Positions 9,000 to 17,416 of a stretch of 64,000 nucleotides of DNA are shown here, in pieces (positions within the stretch are counted from its first letter, which is position 1; each line of letters opens with the position of its first letter). Under the pieces are notes generated by a model. That model saw only the letters and a program-made list of their open reading frames with translations, searched no databases and was not told where the DNA came from. The translations under genes and the position numbers were made by a program. This DNA is from an uncultured Solirubrobacterales bacterium (GTDB taxonomy: Bacteria > Actinomycetota > Thermoleophilia > Solirubrobacterales > JBBDJG01). The DNA lies in NCBI GenBank assembly GCA_963774075.1, contig CAVZDP010000003.1, positions 408,062 through 472,061 of the forward strand. Reading direction: 5' to 3'.

Positions 9000-11900
9000 G
9001 TGGCGGGACTGGGCTGGGGCAGGGCTGGATGCCACGCGCTGAGAGTCTGCCCTTTGGCTGCGCTGATCGCGGTTTTGTTGTTTTCCGCCGCGCCGGCGTC
9101 GGCTGCCGTGACCCTGCCAGCAGGGTTTGACGACCAAGGCGTGACGATCGTGTCCCGCCCGACGGCGATGGACTGGACGCCCGACGGCCGGATGGTGATC
9201 GTCTCCCACCCCGGCATCATCCGGATCTTCGAGAACGGGGTGCTCCAGACCCCCGCCGCCCTCGACTGGCGACCGAACACCTGCCGCTCCGAGGAGTGGG
9301 GCATGAACGGCGTCGCCGTCGACCCGAACTTCGCCACCAACAACTACATCTACGTCTACTACACGGCGAAGAAGTTCGGCGGCTGCGAGAAGAACGTGCC
9401 GAACAGCCCGGTGAACCGCGTTTCGCGCTTCGTGCTGCAGCCCAACGACGTCGTCGACCCACTGAGCGAGACGATCATCGTGGACGGTATTCCGGACCCC
9501 GATGGAATCCATGCCGGCGGAGACGTCGAGTTTGGCTCCGACGGCAACCTCTGGATCAGCACCGGCGACGGCGGCTGCGACTTCCGCGGCGACAGTGGCT
9601 GCTATCCCTTCAACGACGCCGCTCTGGATCTCGGCTCCACCGGGGGGAAGATCCTTCGCGTCACCAAGACCGGCGCCATCCCGCCGGACAACCCTTATCA
9701 GGGCGCCGGCACCACGCAGTGCAGCCCGACCGGCTACACGGTGATCACGTCCATCTGCAGAGAGATTTACTCGTACGGCCTGCGCAACCCGTTCCGGATC
9801 GCGTTGAAAGGCGGCCCCCCGACGCCGCAGGTCTACGCGAACGACGTCGGGCTCAACATCTGGGAGGAGGTCAACCAGGTCGCCGCCGGTGCGAACTTCG
9901 GCTGGAACGTGCGCGAAGGCAACTGTGTGCGCGACTCGAGCACCGACTGCGGGCCGCCACCGGCGGGGATGACGAACCCCATCCACTCCTACAACCACGC
10001 GACGGGCTGCGTGTCGGTGACCGCCAGCGACTTCGTGCCGACCAGCGCCTGGCCGAGCCCTTACGACGGCGACTATCTGTTCGGGGACCTCATCTGCGAG
10101 AAGATCTGGCAGCTCGACTCCAACGGCGGCGGAGTGACCGAGTTCGCCACCGGAGTGCCTTGGTTGATCGACGGCGTCTTCGGCCCCGACGGGGCGAGCA
10201 AGTCCTACTACTACATAAGCTGGGTCGGGTTCCCGAACGACGAGATCCGGAAGATCGTCTACACCGGCCAGGAGAACCGCACGCCGACCGCGGACGCGTC
10301 CGCCAACCCCACCTCCGGTGGCCTACCCCTGAACGTCGCGTTCGACGGCACCGCCTCGAGCGATCCCAACAACGACACGCTCACCTACGACTGGGACTTC
10401 GGTGACGGCTCCCCGCACTCGACCTCACCGATGCCGAGCCACAGCTACTCGACGCCCGACACCTTCACCGTCACGCTCACGGTCGATGACGGCAACGGCG
10501 CTCAGGACACCGACACCGTGGAGATATCGGTCGGCAACGAGGCGCCGCAGGTCTCGATCGACGCGCCGGTGGCCAGTGAGCAATTCTCTGTCGGCGAGAC
10601 CCTGACGCTGGTCGGAAGCGCCGAGGACAGCGAGGACGGAACGCTCCCGAACAGCGCGCTCGAGTGGCGGGTCGAACGGCACCACAGCACGCACAGCCAC
10701 CCGTTCCTGGACACGACGATGGGCAACAACATCCCCATAGTCGGGCCTGAGCCCGAGGAGCTGTCTGCCGCCACCAACAGCTACCTCGAGATCATCCTGA
10801 CCGCTACCGACTCGTTCGGCGTGTCGACGACCGTGAGCCGGAACATCTACCCCAAGACGGTGCCGATCACGTTCGGCACCAGCCCGAGCGGACTTCAACT
10901 CGAGGTCGCCGGCAGCACTCTCACGACGCCGATCACCGTCACTTCCTGGGACAACTGGGACCTGATCGTGAATGCCCCCGACCAGTTCAACCTCTCCGGG
11001 CAGTTCTGGCGCTTCGCGAGTTGGTCCGACCTCGGCGCCCGGAGCCACACGATCAACACCCCGTCGCTGGCCACGAGCTACACGGCGACGTTTGCGGCCA
11101 ACCAGGCGCCGACCGCCGTGGCGAGCGCCGATCCGACCAGCGGAGGGGGGCCGCTGACCATCGACTTCGACGCCACCGGTTCCAGCGACCCCGACGACCC
11201 GAGCCTCACCTACAGCTGGGACTTCGACGACGGCTCGCCGCCCTCGAGCTCACCGACTCCCACCCATACCTACAACTCCGAAGGCACCTTCAGCGCGACG
11301 CTGACAGTCGACGACGGGCACGGGGCCGAGGACGTGGACGTAGTCCCGATCACGGTCACGAACACTGCGCCCCAGGTCTCGATCGACGCGCCGCTCGCCG
11401 GCACGCTTTTCAAGGTGGGCGAGGCGATGACGCTCACGGGCACCGCCCAGGACGCCGAGGAGGGCACGCTGCCCGACAGCGCGCTCGACTGGCGCGTGAT
11501 CAAGCACCACGGCGCGCACACGCACACGCACCTTCCCAACACGCCGGGCAACAACGTGCCGATCACTGGCCCCGCCCCCGAGGACTTGGCCGCGACCACG
11601 TCCACGCATCTGGAGATCGTGCTCGAGGCGACCGACTCACTCGGGGTCACGACGACCGTGACGCGCGACATCTTTCCCAAGACGGTCGGCCTGACTTTCG
11701 CGACCAACCCCACCGGGCTCGACCTGACGGTGGCGGGGCAGGCGCTGATCGCCCCGCAGACGATCACCTCCTGGCAGGACTGGGTGATACCGGTCAGCGC
11801 ACAGAGCCAGTTCGACGACCTCGACCAGTTCTGGCACTTCTCGAGCTGGTCCGATTCGGGCGCGGGCACCCACACGATCACGACCCCGGGCACGGCGTCC

Positions 11901-13409
11901 ACCTACACGGCGACGTTCCAGGCCAACCAGGCGCCGACGGCGGTGGCGGCGGCCGACGACACGAGCGGCCCCAACCCGCACACCGTGAACTTCGACGCGA
12001 CCGACTCGAGCGATCCAGACGACGCAAGCCTCAGCTACCTGTGGGACTTCGGCGACGGCTCGCCGACCTCTACCTCTCCCACCCCGGCGCACACCTACAC
12101 CACCACGGGCCCGTCCACGGCGACGCTGACGGTCGACGACGGCCACGGGGGCGTGGACACGGACACCATCCAGATCGAGGTCACGAATGGGCCTCCACAG
12201 CCGACCATCGTCACGCCCGCCACCGGAACGCTCTTCAGCGTCGGCCAGGGACTGACGCTCTCGGGCGGCGCGACCGACGCGGAGGACGGGACGCTCGGCG
12301 ACGGGTCGCTGTCGTGGAAGGTCCTGGTCCATCACGACACCCACACGCACACGCTGCTCGACGACACGCCGGGCAACAACGTCCCCATCACCGGCCCTGC
12401 GCCCGAGAACCTGTCGGCCACCACCAACAGCCACCTGGAGCTGATCCTGACGGCGACCGACTCCAACAGCGCGACGACCACGGTAACCCGGAACATCAAC
12501 CCGAGAACGGTCGCCCTCACGTTCCAGTCGAACCCGACGGGCTTCCAGCTCGGGGTCGCCGGCACCACGTTCACGGCGCCGCAGACCATCACCTCGTGGG
12601 CGGGCTGGCAGATACCGGTGTCCGCGCCCGACCAGCTCGATTCCCAGGGCAGGTACCACGTCTTCGACACCTGGTCCGACGGCGGGGCGGCGACACACAC
12701 GATCACGACGCCCTCCTCGGCCCAGACCTACCAGGCGAGCTTCCGGACGTTCGCGTATCCGCGCCCGGGCGGCGGCACGCCGCTGCGGGTGGCGCTCGTG
12801 CCTGAGTACGTCCAGTGCGCGACACCGAACGGCAGCCATGTCGGGCCGCTGGACGAACCCTCCTGCAGCCCGCCGCAGCGCGCCTCGTCCCAGCTCACCA
12901 CGTCGACGCAGGGCAGGGGCAACGGCTTCGCCCGGCTCGACGTCAAGCCCGGTACGAACCCACCGTCCATGGACGATGCCGACCTGCGAATCCGGGCGAC
13001 AGTGACCGACGTCGTCCGCAACATCGGAGGGGCGCCCGACTACGTGGGCCCGATGATCCTGCGCATGAGGCTGCGAATCACGGACGGCGTCAGCGGCCCG
13101 AACGAGCAGACGGCGGCGACGGTCCAGGACATCGCGTTCTCGGTCCCGGTCAACTGCGTGGCGACTAACGGCACCCCGACTCCGGTCGGCGGGACTTGCA
13201 GCGTCGACACCATGACCGACTCGATCCTCCCCAACTTCGCCAAGGAACGAAGCCGGGCCGTGATGAGCGCGTTCTCGATGGAGGTCCTCGACGCCGGCGC
13301 CGACAGCTCGATCACTCCGACCTCCGCCCCCTTCGGATTGGGCTGCCCGCCCACTTGCGGATCGGGTGACGAAGCCGTCTACATGCGCCAGGGCGTGTTC
13401 GCCCCCTGA
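9000..13409 (+). CDS. Secreted multidomain protein: PQQ-dependent sugar (glucose/sorbosone) dehydrogenase-like beta-propeller, three PKD-containing repeats, and an unknown C-terminal domain
   Basis: The signal peptide is CPLAALIAVLLFSAAPASA|AV. GSDH-type motifs are GMNGVAVDPNF..NRVSRFV..HAGGDVEFGSDGNLWISTGDGG..GGKILRV..PPDNPY..YSYGLRNPFR..NDVGLNIWEEVN..GANFGWN. Three ~275-aa repeats follow, each starting with a PKD-like unit (..DPDD.SLTYSWDFGDGS..HTY...TLTVDDG.G). Confidence 0.85.
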   Translation: MAGLGWGRAGCHALRVCPLAALIAVLLFSAAPASAAVTLPAGFDDQGVTIVSRPTAMDWTPDGRMVIVSHPGIIRIFENGVLQTPAALDWRPNTCRSEEWGMNGVAVDPNFATNNYIYVYYTAKKFGGCEKNVPNSPVNRVSRFVLQPNDVVDPLSETIIVDGIPDPDGIHAGGDVEFGSDGNLWISTGDGGCDFRGDSGCYPFNDAALDLGSTGGKILRVTKTGAIPPDNPYQGAGTTQCSPTGYTVITSICREIYSYGLRNPFRIALKGGPPTPQVYANDVGLNIWEEVNQVAAGANFGWNVREGNCVRDSSTDCGPPPAGMTNPIHSYNHATGCVSVTASDFVPTSAWPSPYDGDYLFGDLICEKIWQLDSNGGGVTEFATGVPWLIDGVFGPDGASKSYYYISWVGFPNDEIRKIVYTGQENRTPTADASANPTSGGLPLNVAFDGTASSDPNNDTLTYDWDFGDGSPHSTSPMPSHSYSTPDTFTVTLTVDDGNGAQDTDTVEISVGNEAPQVSIDAPVASEQFSVGETLTLVGSAEDSEDGTLPNSALEWRVERHHSTHSHPFLDTTMGNNIPIVGPEPEELSAATNSYLEIILTATDSFGVSTTVSRNIYPKTVPITFGTSPSGLQLEVAGSTLTTPITVTSWDNWDLIVNAPDQFNLSGQFWRFASWSDLGARSHTINTPSLATSYTATFAANQAPTAVASADPTSGGGPLTIDFDATGSSDPDDPSLTYSWDFDDGSPPSSSPTPTHTYNSEGTFSATLTVDDGHGAEDVDVVPITVTNTAPQVSIDAPLAGTLFKVGEAMTLTGTAQDAEEGTLPDSALDWRVIKHHGAHTHTHLPNTPGNNVPITGPAPEDLAATTSTHLEIVLEATDSLGVTTTVTRDIFPKTVGLTFATNPTGLDLTVAGQALIAPQTITSWQDWVIPVSAQSQFDDLDQFWHFSSWSDSGAGTHTITTPGTASTYTATFQANQAPTAVAAADDTSGPNPHTVNFDATDSSDPDDASLSYLWDFGDGSPTSTSPTPAHTYTTTGPSTATLTVDDGHGGVDTDTIQIEVTNGPPQPTIVTPATGTLFSVGQGLTLSGGATDAEDGTLGDGSLSWKVLVHHDTHTHTLLDDTPGNNVPITGPAPENLSATTNSHLELILTATDSNSATTTVTRNINPRTVALTFQSNPTGFQLGVAGTTFTAPQTITSWAGWQIPVSAPDQLDSQGRYHVFDTWSDGGAATHTITTPSSAQTYQASFRTFAYPRPGGGTPLRVALVPEYVQCATPNGSHVGPLDEPSCSPPQRASSQLTTSTQGRGNGFARLDVKPGTNPPSMDDADLRIRATVTDVVRNIGGAPDYVGPMILRMRLRITDGVSGPNEQTAATVQDIAFSVPVNCVATNGTPTPVGGTCSVDTMTDSILPNFAKERSRAVMSAFSMEVLDAGADSSITPTSAPFGLGCPPTCGSGDEAVYMRQGVFAP
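10272..12746 (+). repeat. Three tandem in-frame 825-nt (275-aa) coding repeats inside the secreted dehydrogenase-like gene
   Basis: Repeat units start at 10272 (ENRTPTADA), 11097 (ANQAPTAVA) and 11922 (ANQAPTAVA), so the period is exactly 825 nt. Units 2 and 3 share long identical peptide stretches (ANQAPTAVA, TLTVDDGHG, PGNNVPITGPAPE). Confidence 0.9.
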
Positions 13410-13440
13410 GGCAGCCTCTTCTTTTTGAAGCTTTGCTTGG

Positions 13441-14700
13441 CTAGCGGCTGAACTCGATCACGATCCGGACGAGGTCGCGCTCCAGGGCCGGCACGCAATC
13501 CGGGTACTTCAGCCGCGTGAAGTACAGGTAGGCGCGCCGCCCGACGGAGGCGAACGTACGCGAGCCGCTGTCCGGGTCGAGCACGGAGGGATAGTAAATC
13601 GGGTTCCGGTCTCCGCACTCGAACGTCCAGGGCAGCTCGACCTCGGCGATCAGCTGTCGCCTGGTCCACTCGATCAGGTCTTTCGAAAGGGCGAAGTAGA
13701 TGCCCCATACGGTCCTGCGCCGGCTGGACAGGTACTCGCCCGACACTCCCACCAGCATGTAGCGGTCGTAGTAGGTGTTGTAGGTGAGGCTATGCGTCAT
13801 CGTCTCGATGTCGCCAACGTCGACCGGTTCGCAAAGGTGGTTCGCGACGTTCAGAGGGGGCGACGGATAGGGATCGACGAACCCGACCGTGAAGTCGCTC
13901 CCGTCCCACGCCCTCCACGAGCTCGGCTCCGCCAGGTTGCGGGTACGAATCAGGCACGAGCCGTACTGCTGCCGCTGGTAGGACCCGACCATCACCATCG
14001 CGTAGTACCAGCCGTCCTTCTCGACGATGTTGCTCGGCTGGAAGACGCCGAACGGCCCGGCGTCGGGCACGTACTGGTACGGGAGCGTCGCCGCGAGCTT
14101 GGCCGGGGCTGCCGGCTGGCTGAAGCTCTCGCCCGCGTCCGTCGACGTCGCCGTGGTGATCGAGTTGTACCAGCACTTCTGGTAGTCGCCGCTCGGGCAG
14201 CGACCGGGATGCTTGTCTCCCTGATACTCGTTGTGCACCAGCGCGTGGATGGTCGTTCCGTCCTCGGTGAAGGGTGCGGTCAGCCACTCGCGGTCGTCGA
14301 ACGCCGCCGGGTCGCCGTTGTAGCCGGACTGCATCACCACCTTGCATTCGTGGCGCACCTCGTCGAGAGACGGGCCGACGAACCTGCGCGTCACGTAGTG
14401 CGAGGCGTAGAGCTGTACCCGGCCACGCGCGTCGCGCAGCGCCCTTGCGGGGGCGTCGGGGACGTCGACGTCCTCGCAGGCGTCCCGGCTCCAGTCGAAG
14501 ACCAGCTCTTCGGGCCCGACGAGTCGCACGCCCGGCCACTGCACGGTGCCGCTGCCGGGATCCCGCACGGAGGACAGGATCCCGATCAGCGCCAGCGTCA
14601 ACGGAAGGATCCAGAACCAGAGCCGGGGGGCGAGTAGCCGCGGCAGCCATCGATTCGGCCGACGGCGCGAAACAGGGTTCGCCGTCCGCTGATTCGCCAC
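13441..14700 (-). CDS. Membrane-anchored or exported hypothetical protein (N-terminal TM helix plus ~370-aa extracytoplasmic domain)
   Basis: The track ORF (13441-15042) overlaps cysC antisense at its 5' end. An in-frame GTG at 14700 gives VANQRTANPVSRRRPNRWLPRLLAPRLWFWILPLTLALIGILSSV, followed by a non-repetitive, Trp/Tyr-rich domain. No family recognised. The start codon choice is uncertain. Confidence 0.6.
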   Translation of the reverse strand: MANQRTANPVSRRRPNRWLPRLLAPRLWFWILPLTLALIGILSSVRDPGSGTVQWPGVRLVGPEELVFDWSRDACEDVDVPDAPARALRDARGRVQLYASHYVTRRFVGPSLDEVRHECKVVMQSGYNGDPAAFDDREWLTAPFTEDGTTIHALVHNEYQGDKHPGRCPSGDYQKCWYNSITTATSTDAGESFSQPAAPAKLAATLPYQYVPDAGPFGVFQPSNIVEKDGWYYAMVMVGSYQRQQYGSCLIRTRNLAEPSSWRAWDGSDFTVGFVDPYPSPPLNVANHLCEPVDVGDIETMTHSLTYNTYYDRYMLVGVSGEYLSSRRRTVWGIYFALSKDLIEWTRRQLIAEVELPWTFECGDRNPIYYPSVLDPDSGSRTFASVGRRAYLYFTRLKYPDCVPALERDLVRIVIEFSR

Positions 14701-14797
14701 CGATCGATTATCCCCCTCTGCGCGCAAATGGGAGGCGGGCTGCCGCCGACCCGGATATGCTCCCCGGCCGGGACGCCAGGCACGGCCCCCCGCTCGG

Positions 14798-15340
14798 ATG
14801 GAGACCCCCGGATTCACACTCTGGCTCACGGGCTTGCCGCGTTCGGGCAAGTCGACCGTCGCTGGCCTCGTCGCCGGGCGGCTGCGGGCGATGGGCATCG
14901 AGCAGGTCGAGCTGCTCGACGGTGACATCATCCGCGAGGGGCTGTGCAGGGACCTCGGGTTCTCGCGGGAGGATCGCGAGGAGAACATCCGCCGCATCGC
15001 CTTCGTGTCGAAGCTCCTGACGCGCAATCGTGTAGCGGTCATCGTCGCCGCGATCTCGCCCTACAGGGAGAACCGCGAGCTCGCGCGCGAGGAGATCCAG
15101 TCCTTCGTCGAAGTCTGGTGCAAGGCCTCGGTCGAGGCCTGTGCCGCGCGCGACTACAAGGGCCTCTACGAGAAGGCGATGAGAGGTGAGATCGACAACC
15201 TCACCGGGGTCAACGATCCCTACGAGGAGCCGGAGGACGCGGACCTCGTGCTCGACACCGTGGGCGAGAGCCCCGAGGAGAGCGCCCAGCGGGTGATGGA
15301 CGTGCTGGTCGGCAGGGGTCTCCTCGGGCCGAGGCCCTAG
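14798..15340 (+). CDS. cysC: Adenylyl-sulfate (APS) kinase, copy 1
   Basis: 180 aa. It reads FTLWLTGLPRSGKSTVAG (P-loop), LLDGDIIREGLCRDLGFSREDREENIRRIAFVSKLL and VIVAAISPYRENR, the hallmark CysC motifs. Over a 145-residue core I count 11 substitutions versus the copy at 58540-59082. Confidence 0.95.
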   Translation: METPGFTLWLTGLPRSGKSTVAGLVAGRLRAMGIEQVELLDGDIIREGLCRDLGFSREDREENIRRIAFVSKLLTRNRVAVIVAAISPYRENRELAREEIQSFVEVWCKASVEACAARDYKGLYEKAMRGEIDNLTGVNDPYEEPEDADLVLDTVGESPEESAQRVMDVLVGRGLLGPRP

Positions 15341-15355
15341 CACGCCCTAGCACCA

Positions 15356-15371
15356 GAGCCGGCGCCGGCTC
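15356..15371. repeat. Perfect 16-bp GC palindrome GAGCCGGCGCCGGCTC in the 41-nt gap between convergent genes (possible bidirectional terminator hairpin)
   Basis: Read directly: its reverse complement equals itself. It lies between the cysC stop (15340) and the stop of the minus-strand methyltransferase (15382). There is no U-tract, so terminator function is only a possibility. Confidence 0.5.
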
Positions 15372-15381
15372 CCAGCGGGCG

Positions 15382-16227
15382 TCAGCCCACTCCGACGCAG
15401 CCCACGACGTCCTGAGACCACCAGTCCTGCTGGTGGCCCCATCCGCCCTCCTTGTACATGACCAGCCTCAGCGCGGAGCGCCTCTCGATCTCGGCGCACG
15501 TCCACGACGGGTTCGCGATCGAGATGCCGTAGTTGACGGGCATCGAGAGCTCGCTCCGCCGCTCGTCGCTGAACCAGTCGGTGTAGCCGAAGCCGGTGCG
15601 GTCGTAGCCGTCGAGGACCTCCTCGATCTGCTCCTTCTGCATCCCCCACGCCATCTGGGCCGGATGAGCGCCGAAGCGCTCCTCGACTTCGTGCCTTCGC
15701 ATACCGAACGCTTCGAGCCGCGCTCGCACTCGGTCGGCGATCATCCGCCCGTGCGTCGTGAAGACGAGCACGCCGCCGGTGGGAGCGAGGATCGATTCGA
15801 ACAGGTCGAGGAAGGCTCTCGTGCCGTCGAGGTCGAGGTGAGTCAGGAGCGAGCCGACCCAGATCAGGTCGAAGGGACCCTCGAGCGCGACGTCGCGCGG
15901 ATGCTGTGCACTGTAGACGGGGATCGCGCCGAGCGCCGCGGCGCAGAAATCGACGCCGTCGCGATTGATGTCGCATGCGGTGACGGCCGCCCGCGGGAAC
16001 GCCGCCTTCAGAGTCCTCAACACGCGCCCATGGCCACAGGGAAGGTCGAGCACGCTCGCCGGCTCGGAGAGCCCAGCGGAAAGCATCGCCAAGCGCACGT
16101 TGCGAAGTGCGAGCTGGCCGGCCTCGAAGTAGTACTCCGGGATCGCCTTGTACATCTGGTCGTGCGGCGAAATCTCTTCGATCACCCCGGGGACTTCCCG
16201 GTAAAGGTCTTCGAGCAACCGGGTCAT
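15382..16227 (-). CDS. Class I SAM-dependent methyltransferase
   Basis: An in-frame ATG at 16227 gives MTRLLEDLYREVPGVIEE..SVLDLPCGHGRVLRTLKAAFP..DLIWVGSLLTHL..GGVLVFTTHG. The 5' part of the 480-aa track ORF overlaps the next gene in another frame and is Arg/Ser-rich nonsense. Confidence 0.8.
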   Translation of the reverse strand: MTRLLEDLYREVPGVIEEISPHDQMYKAIPEYYFEAGQLALRNVRLAMLSAGLSEPASVLDLPCGHGRVLRTLKAAFPRAAVTACDINRDGVDFCAAALGAIPVYSAQHPRDVALEGPFDLIWVGSLLTHLDLDGTRAFLDLFESILAPTGGVLVFTTHGRMIADRVRARLEAFGMRRHEVEERFGAHPAQMAWGMQKEQIEEVLDGYDRTGFGYTDWFSDERRSELSMPVNYGISIANPSWTCAEIERRSALRLVMYKEGGWGHQQDWWSQDVVGCVGVG

Positions 16228-16252
16228 GGAGCTGTCAGACGAGACGGAGATC

Positions 16253-17416
16253 TCATTCCCTTCGCAGGGCGAGCAGCCTGCAGGCGTCCTCGTCGACGAC
16301 CACGCTCGAACGCCCCTGGAGCTGGTGCCTGAACGCCTCTCGCTCCTCGAGCCACCGAAACGTCGCAGGCGAAAACAGGATATATCCCGCTCCTCGCCTG
16401 TAGAGCTCATCCAGCGCCGAGCTCTCGTCGACCGCATCCGCGGGAGGGAAGTGAAGCGCCGTCCTGCCGTCGAGTCCGGTGATCTGCTCCAGCACACGGT
16501 CGTCGCCGCCGGACGCGACGAGGACCGTGCTCTCGGGTGGCGTGAGCGTTCGCACGACCTCACGTATGCGTCCCAGGTGGCCTCCCGGCCGCTGGGAGTC
16601 GAAGTCTTCGAACACCGCCTCTTCCCGCGCGGCGTAGATGCCGATGTTGTCGATGCCGGCTCCAGATCCCGGCGCCTTGTACCAGGGCCCGTGGCGGATG
16701 GCGGAGAGGCCCGCCCACTCGAGCATGCGCGCGAGGACCGCAGGGCCGGTCGGGTACCACTGGAGCCCGTGCACTCCCGAGAGCAGGCGAGTACGCGACT
16801 CCTCTCCGGCCACCAGGGCGCCATCGGGAAATCCGCGGCGGCTGGCGGTGCTGAGGATCATGAGCTCGCCGGTCAGGTCGGCGGCGATCCGCAGACCCTC
16901 GATCGGGTCCGGGAGGTGGTAGAGGATGCCGCGGAAGAGCACGACGTCGAAGCGCTCCAGCTCGAGCGCCGGGACGTCGTACAGGTCGCAGACCTCGAAG
17001 CGGATCCCGTCGCTCGGCGCAGACCTCGCCCGGCTGAGGAAGCGCGCCTGCTCGATCCAGTGCTCGCGTACGTCGAACCCGAGGCACTCGCCAGCGCCCA
17101 TCTCCCTTGCCAGGAACAGGTAGGCGCCGCAGTTGCAGGCGCAGTCGAGGACGCTGCGCCCCTGCAGACCGGTCGGGAAGAGGCGCTTCATCAGCCACCT
17201 GAACCCCGGCCCGGGGTCGTAGAACGCCCCAGGCGTCGAGGCGGCGACCGGCTCCAGGAAGTCCCTCGTGCCGAGGCGGCCGGTGATCTCCACGTTGAGG
17301 TGCCAGGGACGAAGCCGCTCGCCCTCGCGCAGCAGTGACGCTTCGGCGGCGTCGGGGCTCGCCTCCAGCGCGTCGGCGCCGGATCCCGGCGGGGGCTCAG
17401 GCCGCGACGGGTGCAC
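16253..17416 (-). CDS. SAM-dependent methyltransferase (CmoB/DUF1698-like core) fused to the C-terminal WWLD-type domain
   Basis: The methyltransferase part is GRSVLDCACNCGAYLFLAREMGA..RFDVVLFRGILYHLPDP. The C-terminus is STVLVASGGDDRVLEQ..ALHFPPADAVDESSALDELYRRGAGYILFSPATFRWLEEREAFRHQL..ACRLLAL. The GTG start at 17416 overlaps the upstream gene's stop by 20 nt, and a later start is possible. Confidence 0.8.
   Translation of the reverse strand: MHPSRPEPPPGSGADALEASPDAAEASLLREGERLRPWHLNVEITGRLGTRDFLEPVAASTPGAFYDPGPGFRWLMKRLFPTGLQGRSVLDCACNCGAYLFLAREMGAGECLGFDVREHWIEQARFLSRARSAPSDGIRFEVCDLYDVPALELERFDVVLFRGILYHLPDPIEGLRIAADLTGELMILSTASRRGFPDGALVAGEESRTRLLSGVHGLQWYPTGPAVLARMLEWAGLSAIRHGPWYKAPGSGAGIDNIGIYAAREEAVFEDFDSQRPGGHLGRIREVVRTLTPPESTVLVASGGDDRVLEQITGLDGRTALHFPPADAVDESSALDELYRRGAGYILFSPATFRWLEEREAFRHQLQGRSSVVVDEDACRLLALRRE

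Noticed and set aside
10272-12746. Regularly spaced repeats that might be mistaken for a CRISPR-like or satellite array.
   Set aside because: The period is 825 nt, the units are in-frame protein-domain repeats inside one ORF, and they are diverged throughout. There are no short identical repeats with unique spacers. No CRISPR array was seen anywhere in the window.
13410-13440. Terminator hairpin in the 31-nt gap between convergent genes (gcctcttctttttgaagc).
   Set aside because: Only a 4-bp CTTC/GAAG stem around TTTTT can form, which is too weak to call.
13441-15042. Full 533-aa extent of the minus-strand ORF.
   Set aside because: Its first 114 codons run antisense through cysC (14798-15340) and translate to Ser/Arg-rich nonsense. 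The in-frame GTG at 14700 immediately precedes a TM helix and leaves a sensible 97-nt divergent intergenic region.
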